DNA of 64,000 nt from Clostridioides sp. (GCA_031261505.1 JAISJN010000003.1:6141-70140); one strand, 5' to 3'. Numbered from the stretch's first letter, positions 9,779 to 20,521 are shown. A program made the numbers and translations. Notes: generated from the letters alone by a model not told the origin.

Positions 9779-10138
9779 TTATTTTGATTTGAGTAGGACT
9801 TCCTTCCACTGATCCTCTTTAAATCCTAGAAGAACCTTGTCTCCATCTACCAGCATTGGTCTTTTTATGAGCATTCCATCGGTAGAAAGAAGAGCTAGTA
9901 ATTTGTCTACGCTCTCTGTTTTTACGACGTCCTTAAGGCCCATCTCCCTGTACTTCATCCCACTTGTATTGAAAAACTTCTTGATGTCGTATCCACTGCT
10001 CTTATATATAGACTCGAGCTCTTCCTTGGTTGGCGGAACTTCTACCATGTCGATATCGTCGTAAGTAAATCCGTTATCGTCCAACCATTTTTTCGCCTTC
10101 TTAACTGTAGAGCATCTAGAATATCCGTATATTTTCAT
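9779..10138 (-). CDS. ArsC/Spx/YffB-family thioredoxin-fold protein
   Basis: MKIYGYSRCSTVKKAKKWL...LIKRPMLV, 119 aa; classic family signature. Confidence 0.85.
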   Translation of the reverse strand: MKIYGYSRCSTVKKAKKWLDDNGFTYDDIDMVEVPPTKEELESIYKSSGYDIKKFFNTSGMKYREMGLKDVVKTESVDKLLALLSTDGMLIKRPMLVDGDKVLLGFKEDQWKEVLLKSK

Positions 10139-10151
10139 ATTTTCCTCCTGT

Positions 10152-10250
10152 GTTTAAATGTTGATTCAACGCTTTCAGCCTGAAATTTGACCCACACCGA
10201 AATGAGATCTACGCCAGCCACCTATAAGTGTTGAACATTTCTCTCAATAT
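10152..10250 (+). repeat. intergenic repeat, diverged copy (B); its right end supplies the ABC ATPase stop codon
   Basis: GTTTAAATGTTGATTCAACGCTTTCAGCCTGAAATTTGACCCACACCGAAATGAGATCTACGCCAGCCACCTATAAGTGTTGAACATTTCTCTCAATAT. Confidence 0.7.
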
Positions 10251-10930
10251 AGGGTAGAGTCTATTTCGCCTCTCGTTTTGATACTGTCTATTATCCCGTC
10301 CTTTATATTTATCAGTTTATCTGCCACGCTATTTGCAAAGGCGACGTCATGTGTGATAATCAGTATCGTTATACCCTTGTTTTTTAATCTTTCAATTATA
10401 GTTATTACCCTTTTTATCGTTTCTGAATCAAGTGCAGAGGTAGGTTCATCAAAACAAAGTACTTTTGGAAGCATTCCACAGGCTCTAGCTATTGCTACCC
10501 TCTGTTGCTGACCACCTGATAATTCAAATGGATAGGCATTTTCCTTATCCTCTAAATCAACTAATTTCAATAATTCTCTCGCTCTAGAAATCGCTTCTTC
10601 TTTTTTTACACCGAACACATGGATAGGCGCTTCAATTATGTTTTCAAGTACTGACATATGTGGAAATAGGTTGAAATTTTGAAAGACAAGCCCTATTTCT
10701 CCTCTGATTTTCTCCCTATCCTTAGGAGTCCTTACAACCTCGTCCTCTTCTATATATATCTCGCCGCTGTCCTGATCTTCTAGACCGTTTACAATCCTCA
10801 ATATAGTAGTCTTCCCCGCTCCTGATTTTCCAAGCAAGACCCCTGTCTCGCCCTGTCGTAATTCAAAGGAAATATCGTTTAAAACTTTCTTCCCATTGAA
10901 TGATTTATTTATGTTTACTAGCTTTAGCAT
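10244..10930 (-). CDS. amino-acid ABC transporter ATP-binding protein
   Basis: Walker A GKSGAGKTT, signature LSGGQQQRVAIARA, Walker B VLCFDEPTSALD. Confidence 0.94.
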   Translation of the reverse strand: MLKLVNINKSFNGKKVLNDISFELRQGETGVLLGKSGAGKTTILRIVNGLEDQDSGEIYIEEDEVVRTPKDREKIRGEIGLVFQNFNLFPHMSVLENIIEAPIHVFGVKKEEAISRARELLKLVDLEDKENAYPFELSGGQQQRVAIARACGMLPKVLCFDEPTSALDSETIKRVITIIERLKNKGITILIITHDVAFANSVADKLINIKDGIIDSIKTRGEIDSTLY

Positions 10931-10947
10931 GCTTACCTCCTGCTCTC

Positions 10948-11015
10948 CTTAAATGGCGATTGCTTGATTTTGTAGTTTTCCACCTCTGAAATCATGAATC
11001 ACCATCTAAATCTTA
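10948..11015. repeat. palindromic mini-element made of two inverted left ends of the repeat
   Basis: TTAAATGGCGATTGCTTGATTTTG...CTGAAATCATGAATCACCATCTAAA. It sits between the permease stop and the ATPase start. Confidence 0.5.
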
Positions 11016-11624
11016 TTTATAATAAGAGAATTTCTTTTCCAACATATTCAGCAACTGTGTCAAAACGGCTATCATTGCCAGGTAGATAATCCCAGCCTCC
11101 ACTAACGGCATAAGGCTTACCTCTCTATTGGCGGCGATCTGGGCAACCCTCAATATATCGTTTAAGCCGATTATATATACTAGAGAAGTATCCTTCACCA
11201 AGGTTATTATTTCATTAGAAATAGGTGGGAGAATTCTCTTTAAGACTTGAGGGAATATTATTCTTCTGTACATCGTCAATTTACTAAATCCGAGTACCTT
11301 ACAGGCTTCGTTTTGCCCCTTATCTATGGATAGCACTCCACCTCTGAATATTTCTGCAAAGTACGCAGCATAGTTCAGAGTAAATGCGAGAACTGCAGAT
11401 TCAAATCTGTCAAATACTACCCCCACTAATGGGAGCCCAAAATAGATGATAATTATCTGAAGCAATAATGGAGTACCCCTCATTACTAGTATATACAAGC
11501 TGGTAATAGAACTTATAATTTTATTACCGGATAATTTCAAAGACGTTACGACAATACCAAGGGGTATAGAAAATACTAGGGTCAAAGCAAATAACGAAAC
11601 TACTATTTTAAATCCTTCAAACAT
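11013..11624 (-). CDS. amino-acid ABC transporter permease (HisM/GlnP type)
   Basis: EAA-type loop and polar amino-acid permease fold. I moved the start to the ATG at 11624, which follows GAAGGTGGG. The track ORF begins at TTG 11642. Confidence 0.9.
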   Translation of the reverse strand: MFEGFKIVVSLFALTLVFSIPLGIVVTSLKLSGNKIISSITSLYILVMRGTPLLLQIIIIYFGLPLVGVVFDRFESAVLAFTLNYAAYFAEIFRGGVLSIDKGQNEACKVLGFSKLTMYRRIIFPQVLKRILPPISNEIITLVKDTSLVYIIGLNDILRVAQIAANREVSLMPLVEAGIIYLAMIAVLTQLLNMLEKKFSYYK

Positions 11625-11659
11625 CTTCCCACCTTCTTTCAAGTTTTCTTTCCAATTTT

Positions 11660-11748
11660 CAAATATTCATTGCATTATGTGGGATCTCTACTCCACTTAA
11701 ATGAGATCGTCACCACCACTAAGTGGTGGTTGACTTATTCTCAATTAA
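11660..11748 (+). repeat. intergenic repeat, diverged copy (C)
   Basis: ...GTGGGATCTCTACTCCACTTAAATGAGATCGTCACCACCACTAAGTGGTGGTTGACTTATTCTCAATTAATG. Both hairpins are retained with different stem sequences. Confidence 0.6.
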
Positions 11749-11753
11749 TGTCT

Positions 11754-12530
11754 CTATTTAAACCATTTTTTATATATTGTATCGTAGGTTCCGTCGTCCT
11801 TCATTTCTTTCAAGGCTCCATCTATCTTATCGGCTAGTTCCTTGTTCTTTTTAGCAGTACCTACAGCGTAGTCTTCAAGTCCAAGGTTGTCGTCTAATAC
11901 CTTGTAATCGTCAGTTCCCTTTTGACTGATATAGTATCTTATAAGCACTTCATCACCTACTACCGCAGTCGTTCTTCCAACTTCCAAATCTCTAAGCGCC
12001 TTGTCAAATGTATCGTATAATACCGGTTTACCGTCTTTTAAACTCGTTTGGAATTCCTTATCTGCCTCTATTGCCTCTACTGACGAAGAACCTTGTTGAG
12101 TTCCAACTTCCTTGCCTTTTAAATCTATCTTAGAGTCTATGTTTGAATTTTTCATAGCTACTATTATCTGCTTGTTTTGTAAATACGGTTCTGTGAAGTT
12201 TACCTGTTTTTTTCTTTCCTCTGTCACTGTATACCCATTCCAAAGTACATCCACATTTCCGGCATTTAGTTCTGTTTCCTTCATAGACCAGTCTATCGCT
12301 TGGAACTTAACTTCTTTATCTATTCTCTTAAAAGCTTCTTTTGCCAAATCCACGTCAAATCCTACTGTTTCACCTTTGTCATCTAAAAATCCCATAGGTA
12401 CGAATGTGTTGTCGAATCCGACTACGACGGTTTTATCGTCCTTTCCCTTGTCTTGATTTGCTGTCGTCGAACATCCAGCCATTCCTGTCACAAGTACTAG
12501 AATTGTGAGTAGCATTCCTAATTTTTTCAT
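11754..12530 (-). CDS. amino-acid ABC transporter substrate-binding lipoprotein
   Basis: Lipobox LVTGMAGCS. Family-3 SBP features: GFDVDLAKE, WNGYTVTEERK. Confidence 0.9.
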   Translation of the reverse strand: MKKLGMLLTILVLVTGMAGCSTTANQDKGKDDKTVVVGFDNTFVPMGFLDDKGETVGFDVDLAKEAFKRIDKEVKFQAIDWSMKETELNAGNVDVLWNGYTVTEERKKQVNFTEPYLQNKQIIVAMKNSNIDSKIDLKGKEVGTQQGSSSVEAIEADKEFQTSLKDGKPVLYDTFDKALRDLEVGRTTAVVGDEVLIRYYISQKGTDDYKVLDDNLGLEDYAVGTAKKNKELADKIDGALKEMKDDGTYDTIYKKWFK

Positions 12531-12744
12531 AATATTACCTCCTAATTTTTAATTATTTCGATATTTAATGGTATTCATATATTTCTATTTTGATTTTACA
12601 ATGAGTCTTCTGATTTCAATTTAATGTTCAGCTTTCTGTAGAATATTAAATAGAAATTGTGTATCCTTCGATTTCTTCTGTTTGTATAAGTATCCATTCA
12701 TCGATTTTAATAAAATTGATCAGCGCGCATGAAAAATTGTATTA

Positions 12745-13012
12745 AAAAACTCCCGTCATCTAGCTGCTTAGCTAGAGGACGGGAGTATACTCTCGTGGTT
12801 CCACCTCTTTTTATTAATGCCTCACGACACTAACCTCATCGAGTACGATTTTATTTATACTCTAGCACTGTAACGGGTGCAAGGATACCGGAAACCTCCT
12901 AATAAGACTAGGTCCTTTCAGAGTCCTGCTCAGAGATGTGTTCAAAGTAGTATCTAATGCTCCTCTCACCGACCGGAAACTCTCTGGTTAAGATATCTTA
13001 CTCCTACTATTT
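12745..13012 (-). promoter_or_regulatory. T-box leader controlling the ABC transporter operon; probable His (CAC) specifier
   Basis: The minus strand reads GAUGAGAAAUAGUA ... AGAGAG ... GGUGAGAG ... GAA-CAC-A ... AGAGGUGGAACCACGAG. The terminator CUCCCGUCCUCUAGCUAAGCAGCUAGAUGACGGGAGUUUUUU follows. Confidence 0.85.
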
Positions 13013-13206
13013 CTCATCAACGCATTTGTTGTTTGTATTCAATATTTTTCTGTATTAAATATATAATATATCATTCTGATAATAATGTCAAGAAGTATTT
13101 TTAAAATTTTCTGATACAGTTTTAGAGCTATCCACTGTCAGGCAATCAGTATTTGAACGCTACCTCGAATTATCAAATCGCAGCTCATTGAAACATATCT
13201 GATTGT

Positions 13207-14523
13207 TTAATTCCAGGGAACTACCTCGACCTCTCCATAAGACCTAGGCTCTAACCTGTTTGAGTACTCTCCCCTGTATCCTATCACATAGAGCATCACA
13301 AGTTCCACATACCTTGTCCCTATAGAAATTATATTCCAAGTATCCTCTACTTCGAGCCTTGCTTTTTTTGGTTTTCTGCTAGGATGAATTATAGTATTTC
13401 TATAGAAAATCAATAAGTCTACTCCATCGTCAAATTTATCGTTGATCCAGTCGTCAAAAAATACAAGTTCTTCTTTTCCGTAATGTATCTTGCATACGTC
13501 TAGGAGCATCCTTATATTCTTCGATGTGACGTTCTTGTCAAATTCTTCGTCGCTCATTATCTTTCCCTGTTCGACTAATGCAATGTATGCTAGGGTTTCA
13601 AGCGCTACCTGAATCGATACTACACTATTTTCAAGTGTGATACTGTTTAGCGATTCAATGTACCAGTTATTTACATTTCTTATTGCCTTTCCAAAATAGT
13701 CATCCTCTAGCTTCTTACACATCAAGCCAAGGTATTTCTCTATATTGTGGTGGTTTGAAATCGTATCAGTCCAATTGGGTACGAATTTAAACGGAGAAAT
13801 CTCTGGCTCACACCATATCTGGTAGACCTGTCTGTCAGACCTATATCCCTTAGCAAAGCAGAACCCTACATACCTTCCACAGGCAAAACTTAATGCAGCG
13901 GATAGATCGTCGAGCAGACTCACGACGTTAGAACTCTTTAATCCTTCTCCATCTTTCCTGAATATCCTGCCCATATGAGTTATTATCATACCTGATTTAT
14001 CCTTCAACTCCTCGTATAGTTCTTTTCTAAAATCTTCCCTCTTATCTAAGATGACGTTGTAGTCTCCTAACTCAAATTCCATTCGTCCAGCGTACAAAGC
14101 CGCTTCGGATTTTATTAGCTTGCCCGTATACTTATTCATGTTTATAATACCGAAATCAACGTAATCTACAATTGAATTCTTAGATCTAATAAGGTTTTCA
14201 TTTATGTATCCAGATACCGAAAATTCACTTATGTTTTTTATACTTATGGACGATATCTTAAATCCATGTACCTCCAGAATTGCATTGTCCAAACTCAAAT
14301 CCATACCGCCTATGTCGACGTCGTCTATTGGCGTTGCAGTAAGTATATTCGCCTCGAAATTTATTGTTACTGGAGGTGTCATCTTGAGATACACCAAGCC
14401 GTTACATTTGTATTTTTTATCTAAATAAACGCAAAATCGCCCCTTGTGAACGATTAAATCTTCACATACATCGTACCTGTACAATTCTGATGAAATAGGA
14501 CTGTTAAACAAAGTTCTCACCAC
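13207..14523 (-). CDS. hypothetical protein; beta-rich N-terminal region plus helical C-terminal region with a HEPN-like RNxxxH motif
   Basis: 438-aa ORF with FYRNTIIHPSRK near the C-terminus. I recognise no other family signature. It is a stand-alone gene with its own flanking AT-rich spacers. Confidence 0.55.
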   Translation of the reverse strand: MVRTLFNSPISSELYRYDVCEDLIVHKGRFCVYLDKKYKCNGLVYLKMTPPVTINFEANILTATPIDDVDIGGMDLSLDNAILEVHGFKISSISIKNISEFSVSGYINENLIRSKNSIVDYVDFGIINMNKYTGKLIKSEAALYAGRMEFELGDYNVILDKREDFRKELYEELKDKSGMIITHMGRIFRKDGEGLKSSNVVSLLDDLSAALSFACGRYVGFCFAKGYRSDRQVYQIWCEPEISPFKFVPNWTDTISNHHNIEKYLGLMCKKLEDDYFGKAIRNVNNWYIESLNSITLENSVVSIQVALETLAYIALVEQGKIMSDEEFDKNVTSKNIRMLLDVCKIHYGKEELVFFDDWINDKFDDGVDLLIFYRNTIIHPSRKPKKARLEVEDTWNIISIGTRYVELVMLYVIGYRGEYSNRLEPRSYGEVEVVPWN

Positions 14524-14591
14524 CTGTCATTACTTATTTTACACGTAACCTTAGTATACTACATTTATACTGGATTAACCTCTTAAAACTT

Positions 14592-14640
14592 TTTAAAAAG
14601 CACACTGTCCCAAAATAAAAATACTATTTTGGGACAGTGT
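14592..14640 (-). terminator. rho-independent terminator after the C_GCAxxG_C_C gene
   Basis: Perfect 16-bp inverted repeat ACACTGTCCCAAAATA / TATTTTGGGACAGTGT, followed on the minus strand by CUUUUU. Confidence 0.7.
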
Positions 14641-14647
14641 ATCCTAC

Positions 14648-15034
14648 CTATTTATTATCCATCACATTTTTTAAATTATCATATGCGAAGTCTATTATTT
14701 CATCACATGAATTTTTATCTTCCTTAAGCTCTAGACAGATAGCAGTCCCGTACCTCTCATCTATAGAATCCATAGCTTTTTTTACACATGGTTTAGCAAT
14801 ATTTGCTTCTAAGCCGTTCTCTCTTCCCTTTAGGTAACCTATGATTATATTTGCTGCATTTACAGCTCCACATAGACTTCCAACTGCATTTCCTCCACCA
14901 AGTCCGCTTCCTATAGCTACTGGTATATCAGTCCCGTGTTCTTCGTTGTACGCCTTTATAACACATTCCGCACAGTTTAATCCCTGTCCGTGGAATTTTG
15001 AGGCCTTCATCTTATCTTCCATTTTTAAAATCAC
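14648..15034 (-). CDS. C_GCAxxG_C_C family redox protein
   Basis: GLNCAECV...GSLCGAVNAA...ICLELK...C; 128 aa. The start (GTG 15034 or ATG 15022) is uncertain. Confidence 0.85.
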   Translation of the reverse strand: MILKMEDKMKASKFHGQGLNCAECVIKAYNEEHGTDIPVAIGSGLGGGNAVGSLCGAVNAANIIIGYLKGRENGLEANIAKPCVKKAMDSIDERYGTAICLELKEDKNSCDEIIDFAYDNLKNVMDNK

Positions 15035-15073
15035 CGCTTATCCTTTGTAAATTTATCGAACTTTAGTACTCAA

Positions 15074-18000
15074 CTAAGCTTCAGCTAAGTTTTTAAATGC
15101 CTTAGACAACATCAGCTTGATTCTGTTTAATTGATTGACCTCACTTGCCGAAGGGTCGTAGTCTATAGGTATTATATTGGCATTTTCATATATTCTCTTT
15201 AATTCTTTAATTGAGCCCTTACCTATAATATGGTTTGGTAGGCAACCAAACGGCTGCATACATATTATATTTTCTACCCCATCGTTTAGAAGTTCAATCA
15301 TCTCACCTGTGAGCAGCCAACCTTCCCCGGTTTGATTTCCGAGGGATACTACTGACTTAGTCTCGTCGGCTAATTTGTATATTCTCTCAGGCGCTGAGAA
15401 TCTTTCGCTTTTTTCAAGTGCTTTTTTGTATGTTCTCTGGTAGACTTCGATTATCGAGATGAAAGCTTTACCAAATAGCTTGCTCTTCTTAGTACCTTCT
15501 AAGTACTTCTGTTTGTATATAGTGTTGTAAGAGCAACTTAGGAAGAAGTTTATCAAATCTGGAACTACTGCTTCTGCCCCCTCTGACTCGAGTATATCCA
15601 CCAAATTGTTATTTGCAACCGGATGGAATTTAACTAGGATTTCTCCTACGAGTCCAACCTTTGGTTTCACCTCATCTGTAATTTCTAATGTATCAAAGTC
15701 CTCTACTATTCCCTTTATATTGTGTTTAAACTCTGATATCTTAGCCTTTACCAATGATTCCTTGCATATTCCCTTCCATTTCTCATACAGGTTATTCGCA
15801 CTTCCCTTTACTTTTTCGTAAGGTCTAACCCTGTATATAACCTTCATAAGTAGGTCGCCGTACACTGCCGACATAAATAACCTGTTCACTAGTTTTAATG
15901 AAACCTCATCCATTATGCCGTTTTCTTCGATTCCGTTTACACTTAAGGCGATGACTGGCACATTTCCAAATCCAGCATCCCTCATAGCCTTTCTCAAGAA
16001 TCCTATATAGTTTGTAGCTCTACAGCCTCCACCTGTCTGAGTTATCGCAACAGACACGTTGTCTAAATCGTATTTTCCAGATTTAAGCGCCTTTATAAGT
16101 TGACCTACAACTATTATAGCTGGGTAGCAGGCGTCGTTGTTTACGTATTTCAGACCTTCATCCACTATGGATTTATCATCGTCATTTACTACTTTGATAT
16201 TTATTCCACTTAGGTTTAGAGCATCTTCAATAAAATCAAAATGTATTGGCGACATCTGTGGTGCTAGTATAGTGTGGCCTTTTTTAAGTCTAGTGCCCTT
16301 TGCGTATTTCTTGACCTTATTGACTGGTGTTCTGTCATGGAGTTTTTTGCTCTCTTCTCTTTCAAGCATAGCAGCTTGTAGAGATCTAAGTCTTATCTTC
16401 GCAGCACCTAAGTTGTTTCCTTCATCTATCTTTATTACCGTATATATTTTAGCTCGCTCACTTAGTATTTCTTCTACCTGGTCTGTTGTTACCGCATCTA
16501 GACCACATCCGAAAGAGTTTAGCTGTACCAATTCTAGGTAGTCTTTTTCACTTACGAATGCTGCAGCCTTGTACAGTCTAGAGTGGTATACCCATTGGTC
16601 TACAACCCTAAGCGGTCTCTCTAGATTTGCTAGATGAGCTATTGAATCCTCTGTTAAGACAGCCAAACCTAATGAGTTTATAAGCTCTGGCATACCGTGG
16701 TTTATCTCTGGATCTATATGGTATGGTCTACCTGAAAGCACTATCCCCTTCAGATTGTTTTCCTCCATATCCTTTATAGCATCCTCACCCATTTTCATTA
16801 TTTCATTTTTGAATGATTCCTGCTCCACAGTAGCCTTGTCGACTGCTTCGTCTATCTCTTTCTTGCTTATGCTCCAGGCTTGCCTTTCGGTACACGCCTC
16901 GTCATTTAGCTTAAATTCTTCGTACAGCCTTCTTTTGAGTACATCTTTATCGTTCAAACTCATGAAAGGATTGATAAAGTTTATATTCTTATCCCTTATG
17001 TTTTCCACGTTGTTTTTTATTACCTCTGAGTACGAGATTACAACTGGACAGTTGTAGTAGTTGTCAGCCTGCTGATCTTCCTTGTTCTCGTTCGTAATAC
17101 TTGGATAGAATATCGAATGTACACCCTTGGATATCAAGTTTTCAATATGTCCGTGAACTAGTTTAGCTGGGTAGCAGACAGTCTCAGACGCAATACTTGT
17201 GATCCCTTTTTCGTATAGAGATTTAGACGACCTGTCTGAAAGCACAACTCTAAAACCTAAACTAGTTAGTAGGGTATGCCAAAATGGATAGTCTTCGTAC
17301 ATGTTCAACGCCCTAGGCACTCCGAGTTCGCCCCTCTTTGCATCTTTTAGTTCTAGTGATTTATACCCAAACACCCTCTTGTATTTGTATTCAAACATAT
17401 TAACTGGTTTTTTTGTGTTGTCGGCTACCTTTCCTCCGTAGAGTACTTCTCCCCTCTCGCACCTATTTCCAGATATGTATACTTCTTCATCAGCGAATTT
17501 ATTTATAGTTAGGAGACAGTGATTTGAGCAACCCTTACATCTAGTTACCTCTACATCTAGGTTGATTTCCTCCATCTCTTTCTTATCTATCATTGTAGTC
17601 TTATACTTAGTTTCTTCGTGGACTTTTTCTGTATCCCTGACTAATGCTACAGATCCGTCACTCATTTCCTGTTCATTTGATGCACATCCACATATGTTGA
17701 ATTCTTCTTCAATATCCGTACAATGTACATGAGATGAACAAGAAGCACAGTGTGAGCCTGTATTCGATATAGTAGTAGTCGTACCTATTACGTCCTCTAT
17801 TTTTCCTATTGGTTCGCTGTAATCCGAGCTGTCGTCTAGGTTTTCTATCATGTATTTATCCCTTGATATTATAGCAGCTCCAAATGCCCCCATTATCCCA
17901 GAAATATTAGGTCTAACAACATTCCTATCGATTAATTTTTCAAAGCTTCTAAGCACTAGGTCGTTGTAGAACGTACCACCTTGCACGACGATGTTCTTTC

Positions 18001-19591
18001 CTAAGTCATCGGTATTTCTGATTTTGATTACCTTGAATAAGGCGTTTTTTATGACAGAATAAGATAGACCGGCCGAAATATCAGCAACTGTAGCCCCTTC
18101 CTTCTGTGCCTGTTTTACATTTGAGTTCATAAACACAGTACATCTAGATCCTAGGTCTACTGGATTTTTAGAAAATGTTCCAGCCTTTGCAAACTCATCT
18201 ATACTCATTGATAGAGATTGGGCAAATGTCTCTAAGAATGATCCACAGCCAGATGAACACGCCTCGTTCAATATTATGCTATCTATTACTCCGTCTTTTA
18301 TCTTCAGACATTTCATATCCTGCCCACCTATATCCAAGATGAAGTCTACATTTTCGTTAAAGAATTTCGCAGCCTTGTAATGTGCAATCGTCTCTATCTC
18401 TCCATTATCTAGCTTAAGCGCCTTTTTAATTAAGCCCTCACCGTATCCTGTAACTGTAGAGTAGACTATCTCAGCATCAGAAGGAAGTATATCGTAGATT
18501 TCCTCTAAGACCCTCATAGTTGTTGCTAGAGGTGCTCCTTCATTACTTCCGTAATGAGAGTACAAAAGATTTCCGTCGTCGTCAACTAAGGCGAGTTTCG
18601 TAGTCGTAGAACCTGCATCTATCCCTAGGTAGCAATTTCCACTGTGGTTTTTAAGTTCTTTTGTCTTGACCTTGTCTACGCTATGTCTTTCTTTGAACTC
18701 TTCGTATTCTTCCTCATCCTTAAATAGGACATCTATAGTGCTATTATCATTTATATTTAGGTTATCTACCTTTTCTAATCTATCTATCAAATCAGCTAGG
18801 GATAACGTCTTTTCTTCATCTATAGCTAGTATACTTGCACCCAGGGCTACGTAAAGCTGAGCATCTTCTGGGAAAATTATATCTTCATCTGGTAAATTTA
18901 ACACCCTTTGGAATGCAGCTCTCAGTTCCGATAGGAAGTAAAGCGGTCCACCCAAGAAGGCAACCTTTCCCTCTATTTTTTTACCACAAGAAAGCACACT
19001 CACCGTCTGTACAACTACAGCGTTGAATATACTCATAGCTAAGTCAGTTTGTTTTGCTCCATCGTTTAAAAGCGGCTGAATATCAGTCTTCGCAAATACC
19101 CCACATCTAGATGCGATAGGGTATATAACCTCGTAATCCTTCGCAAGTTCGTTTAATCCACTTGCATCTGTCTGCAATAGCGATGCCATCTGATCTATAA
19201 ATGCACCTGTTCCACCCGCACATATCCCGTTCATCCTCTGGTCTATTCCATTTGAGAAATATGTTATCTTAGCGTCTTCACCACCGAGTTCAATTACTAC
19301 ATCTGTATCTGGGTGGTAAAATTCAATTGCCTTCGTACTAGATATTACCTCTTGTGCAAACGTAACTCCTAATTTCTTTGCTATACCTATACCCCCAGAA
19401 CCAGTTACTACAATAGTTATTTGATTGTCTCCAAATTTTTCGTACACAGAGTCCAAAGTCTCTCTGACCGATTTTATCACGTCTGAATAATGTCTTTTAT
19501 ATTCCTTATATATTATTTCGCCATTTTGCTGAACTACTATTTTAACAGTAGTAGATCCAACATCTACCCCTACACGTAATAACTTCTCCAT
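15074..19591 (-). CDS. giant BadF/BcrA/HgdC-type activase (two ATPase modules) fused to a 2-hydroxyacyl-CoA-dehydratase-like domain
   Basis: Two [10 protein letters not shown] / [10 protein letters not shown] acetate-sugar-kinase-fold starts. A Cys-rich linker ([11 protein letters not shown]...CGC; RCKGCSNHC...C) and a C-terminal dehydratase-like half follow; 1505 aa. Confidence 0.85.
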   Translation of the reverse strand: MEKLLRVGVDVGSTTVKIVVQQNGEIIYKEYKRHYSDVIKSVRETLDSVYEKFGDNQITIVVTGSGGIGIAKKLGVTFAQEVISSTKAIEFYHPDTDVVIELGGEDAKITYFSNGIDQRMNGICAGGTGAFIDQMASLLQTDASGLNELAKDYEVIYPIASRCGVFAKTDIQPLLNDGAKQTDLAMSIFNAVVVQTVSVLSCGKKIEGKVAFLGGPLYFLSELRAAFQRVLNLPDEDIIFPEDAQLYVALGASILAIDEEKTLSLADLIDRLEKVDNLNINDNSTIDVLFKDEEEYEEFKERHSVDKVKTKELKNHSGNCYLGIDAGSTTTKLALVDDDGNLLYSHYGSNEGAPLATTMRVLEEIYDILPSDAEIVYSTVTGYGEGLIKKALKLDNGEIETIAHYKAAKFFNENVDFILDIGGQDMKCLKIKDGVIDSIILNEACSSGCGSFLETFAQSLSMSIDEFAKAGTFSKNPVDLGSRCTVFMNSNVKQAQKEGATVADISAGLSYSVIKNALFKVIKIRNTDDLGKNIVVQGGTFYNDLVLRSFEKLIDRNVVRPNISGIMGAFGAAIISRDKYMIENLDDSSDYSEPIGKIEDVIGTTTTISNTGSHCASCSSHVHCTDIEEEFNICGCASNEQEMSDGSVALVRDTEKVHEETKYKTTMIDKKEMEEINLDVEVTRCKGCSNHCLLTINKFADEEVYISGNRCERGEVLYGGKVADNTKKPVNMFEYKYKRVFGYKSLELKDAKRGELGVPRALNMYEDYPFWHTLLTSLGFRVVLSDRSSKSLYEKGITSIASETVCYPAKLVHGHIENLISKGVHSIFYPSITNENKEDQQADNYYNCPVVISYSEVIKNNVENIRDKNINFINPFMSLNDKDVLKRRLYEEFKLNDEACTERQAWSISKKEIDEAVDKATVEQESFKNEIMKMGEDAIKDMEENNLKGIVLSGRPYHIDPEINHGMPELINSLGLAVLTEDSIAHLANLERPLRVVDQWVYHSRLYKAAAFVSEKDYLELVQLNSFGCGLDAVTTDQVEEILSERAKIYTVIKIDEGNNLGAAKIRLRSLQAAMLEREESKKLHDRTPVNKVKKYAKGTRLKKGHTILAPQMSPIHFDFIEDALNLSGINIKVVNDDDKSIVDEGLKYVNNDACYPAIIVVGQLIKALKSGKYDLDNVSVAITQTGGGCRATNYIGFLRKAMRDAGFGNVPVIALSVNGIEENGIMDEVSLKLVNRLFMSAVYGDLLMKVIYRVRPYEKVKGSANNLYEKWKGICKESLVKAKISEFKHNIKGIVEDFDTLEITDEVKPKVGLVGEILVKFHPVANNNLVDILESEGAEAVVPDLINFFLSCSYNTIYKQKYLEGTKKSKLFGKAFISIIEVYQRTYKKALEKSERFSAPERIYKLADETKSVVSLGNQTGEGWLLTGEMIELLNDGVENIICMQPFGCLPNHIIGKGSIKELKRIYENANIIPIDYDPSASEVNQLNRIKLMLSKAFKNLAEA

Positions 19592-19902
19592 TTCCTTACC
19601 TCCATTACATAACTACTCTAATCAGTTCTGTATTCAATTTTCATAAGTTCATTAATATTAACTATGTTAGTAAGTCCAAATCTATGATCGATCCAACTAA
19701 ATAAGATAGTTTCAACCCTATTATACATTTTTAGACTTTTAACGTCAAACTTGTATACGTTAAAAATATGTTAAGAACAGTGACTGTAGAGTAGTCTAAA
19801 TCTAAATTAAATAAATAAAAGAACCGATTTTTAGATAAAAAATTCAGTTCTATATATAAGTAATACCCTATTAAATTCCAGCTAAACGATTTTATTAAAT
19901 GA

Positions 19903-19975
19903 CGGGCATAAATCTCAAGTTAAATGGTTATTCAACTAAAATAAGAAAGATGCCCCCACTTCGAGACATCTTCCT
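19903..19975 (+). repeat. repeat fragment (right-end/left-end junction plus hairpin)
   Basis: GGGCATAAATCTCAAGTTAAATGGTTATTCAAC ... AAGATGCCCCCACTTCGAGACATCTT. Confidence 0.45.
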
Positions 19976-20017
19976 TATTTTAGCTAAAGTACCTATTGTC
20001 ATATAAATATATACGTT

Positions 20018-20521
20018 CTAGTTGAATACTTTTTCTATTTTCTTTCCATATTTGCTTTCTACGATCTTGTAGACTGGTATCCCAACTATCGTTATAACAA
20101 CGAATTCTCCAAGGCCAACCTGCGCCATAGATAAAAATAGAGGAAGTCCAGCAAATGTATTTAACATCCAACCTACTATGACTGCATTCGCGATCATAGG
20201 CCAAAGAGATGCTAAAACGAGACTGAGATTGCCCTTACCTAATAAGCGACCTGTATTGTACACCAAGACAGCACTTATAAATGTAGCTATCGTACCGAAG
20301 ACCGTATCTGGAACTCCGTATACACCTAGGACATTTGCAAGAAAACAACCTATGGTAAGACCTGGTATGTATTTCTTATCTACAAATGCAAGCAATATCA
20401 TTATCTCGGATACCCTAAATTGGATATTCGAATAACTCATAAATCCTAACCCCACGGTCAAGACTGCGTAAATTGCTGCAATTACCGCTGTAACTGCAAT
20501 TTCTTTAGTATTTAATTTCAT
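20018..20521 (-). CDS. queT: queuosine-precursor transporter QueT (ECF S-component-like)
   Basis: 167-aa multi-TM protein, MKLNTKEIAVTAVIAAIYAVLTV...FRVSE, directly behind a preQ1-I riboswitch. Confidence 0.85.
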   Translation of the reverse strand: MKLNTKEIAVTAVIAAIYAVLTVGLGFMSYSNIQFRVSEIMILLAFVDKKYIPGLTIGCFLANVLGVYGVPDTVFGTIATFISAVLVYNTGRLLGKGNLSLVLASLWPMIANAVIVGWMLNTFAGLPLFLSMAQVGLGEFVVITIVGIPVYKIVESKYGKKIEKVFN

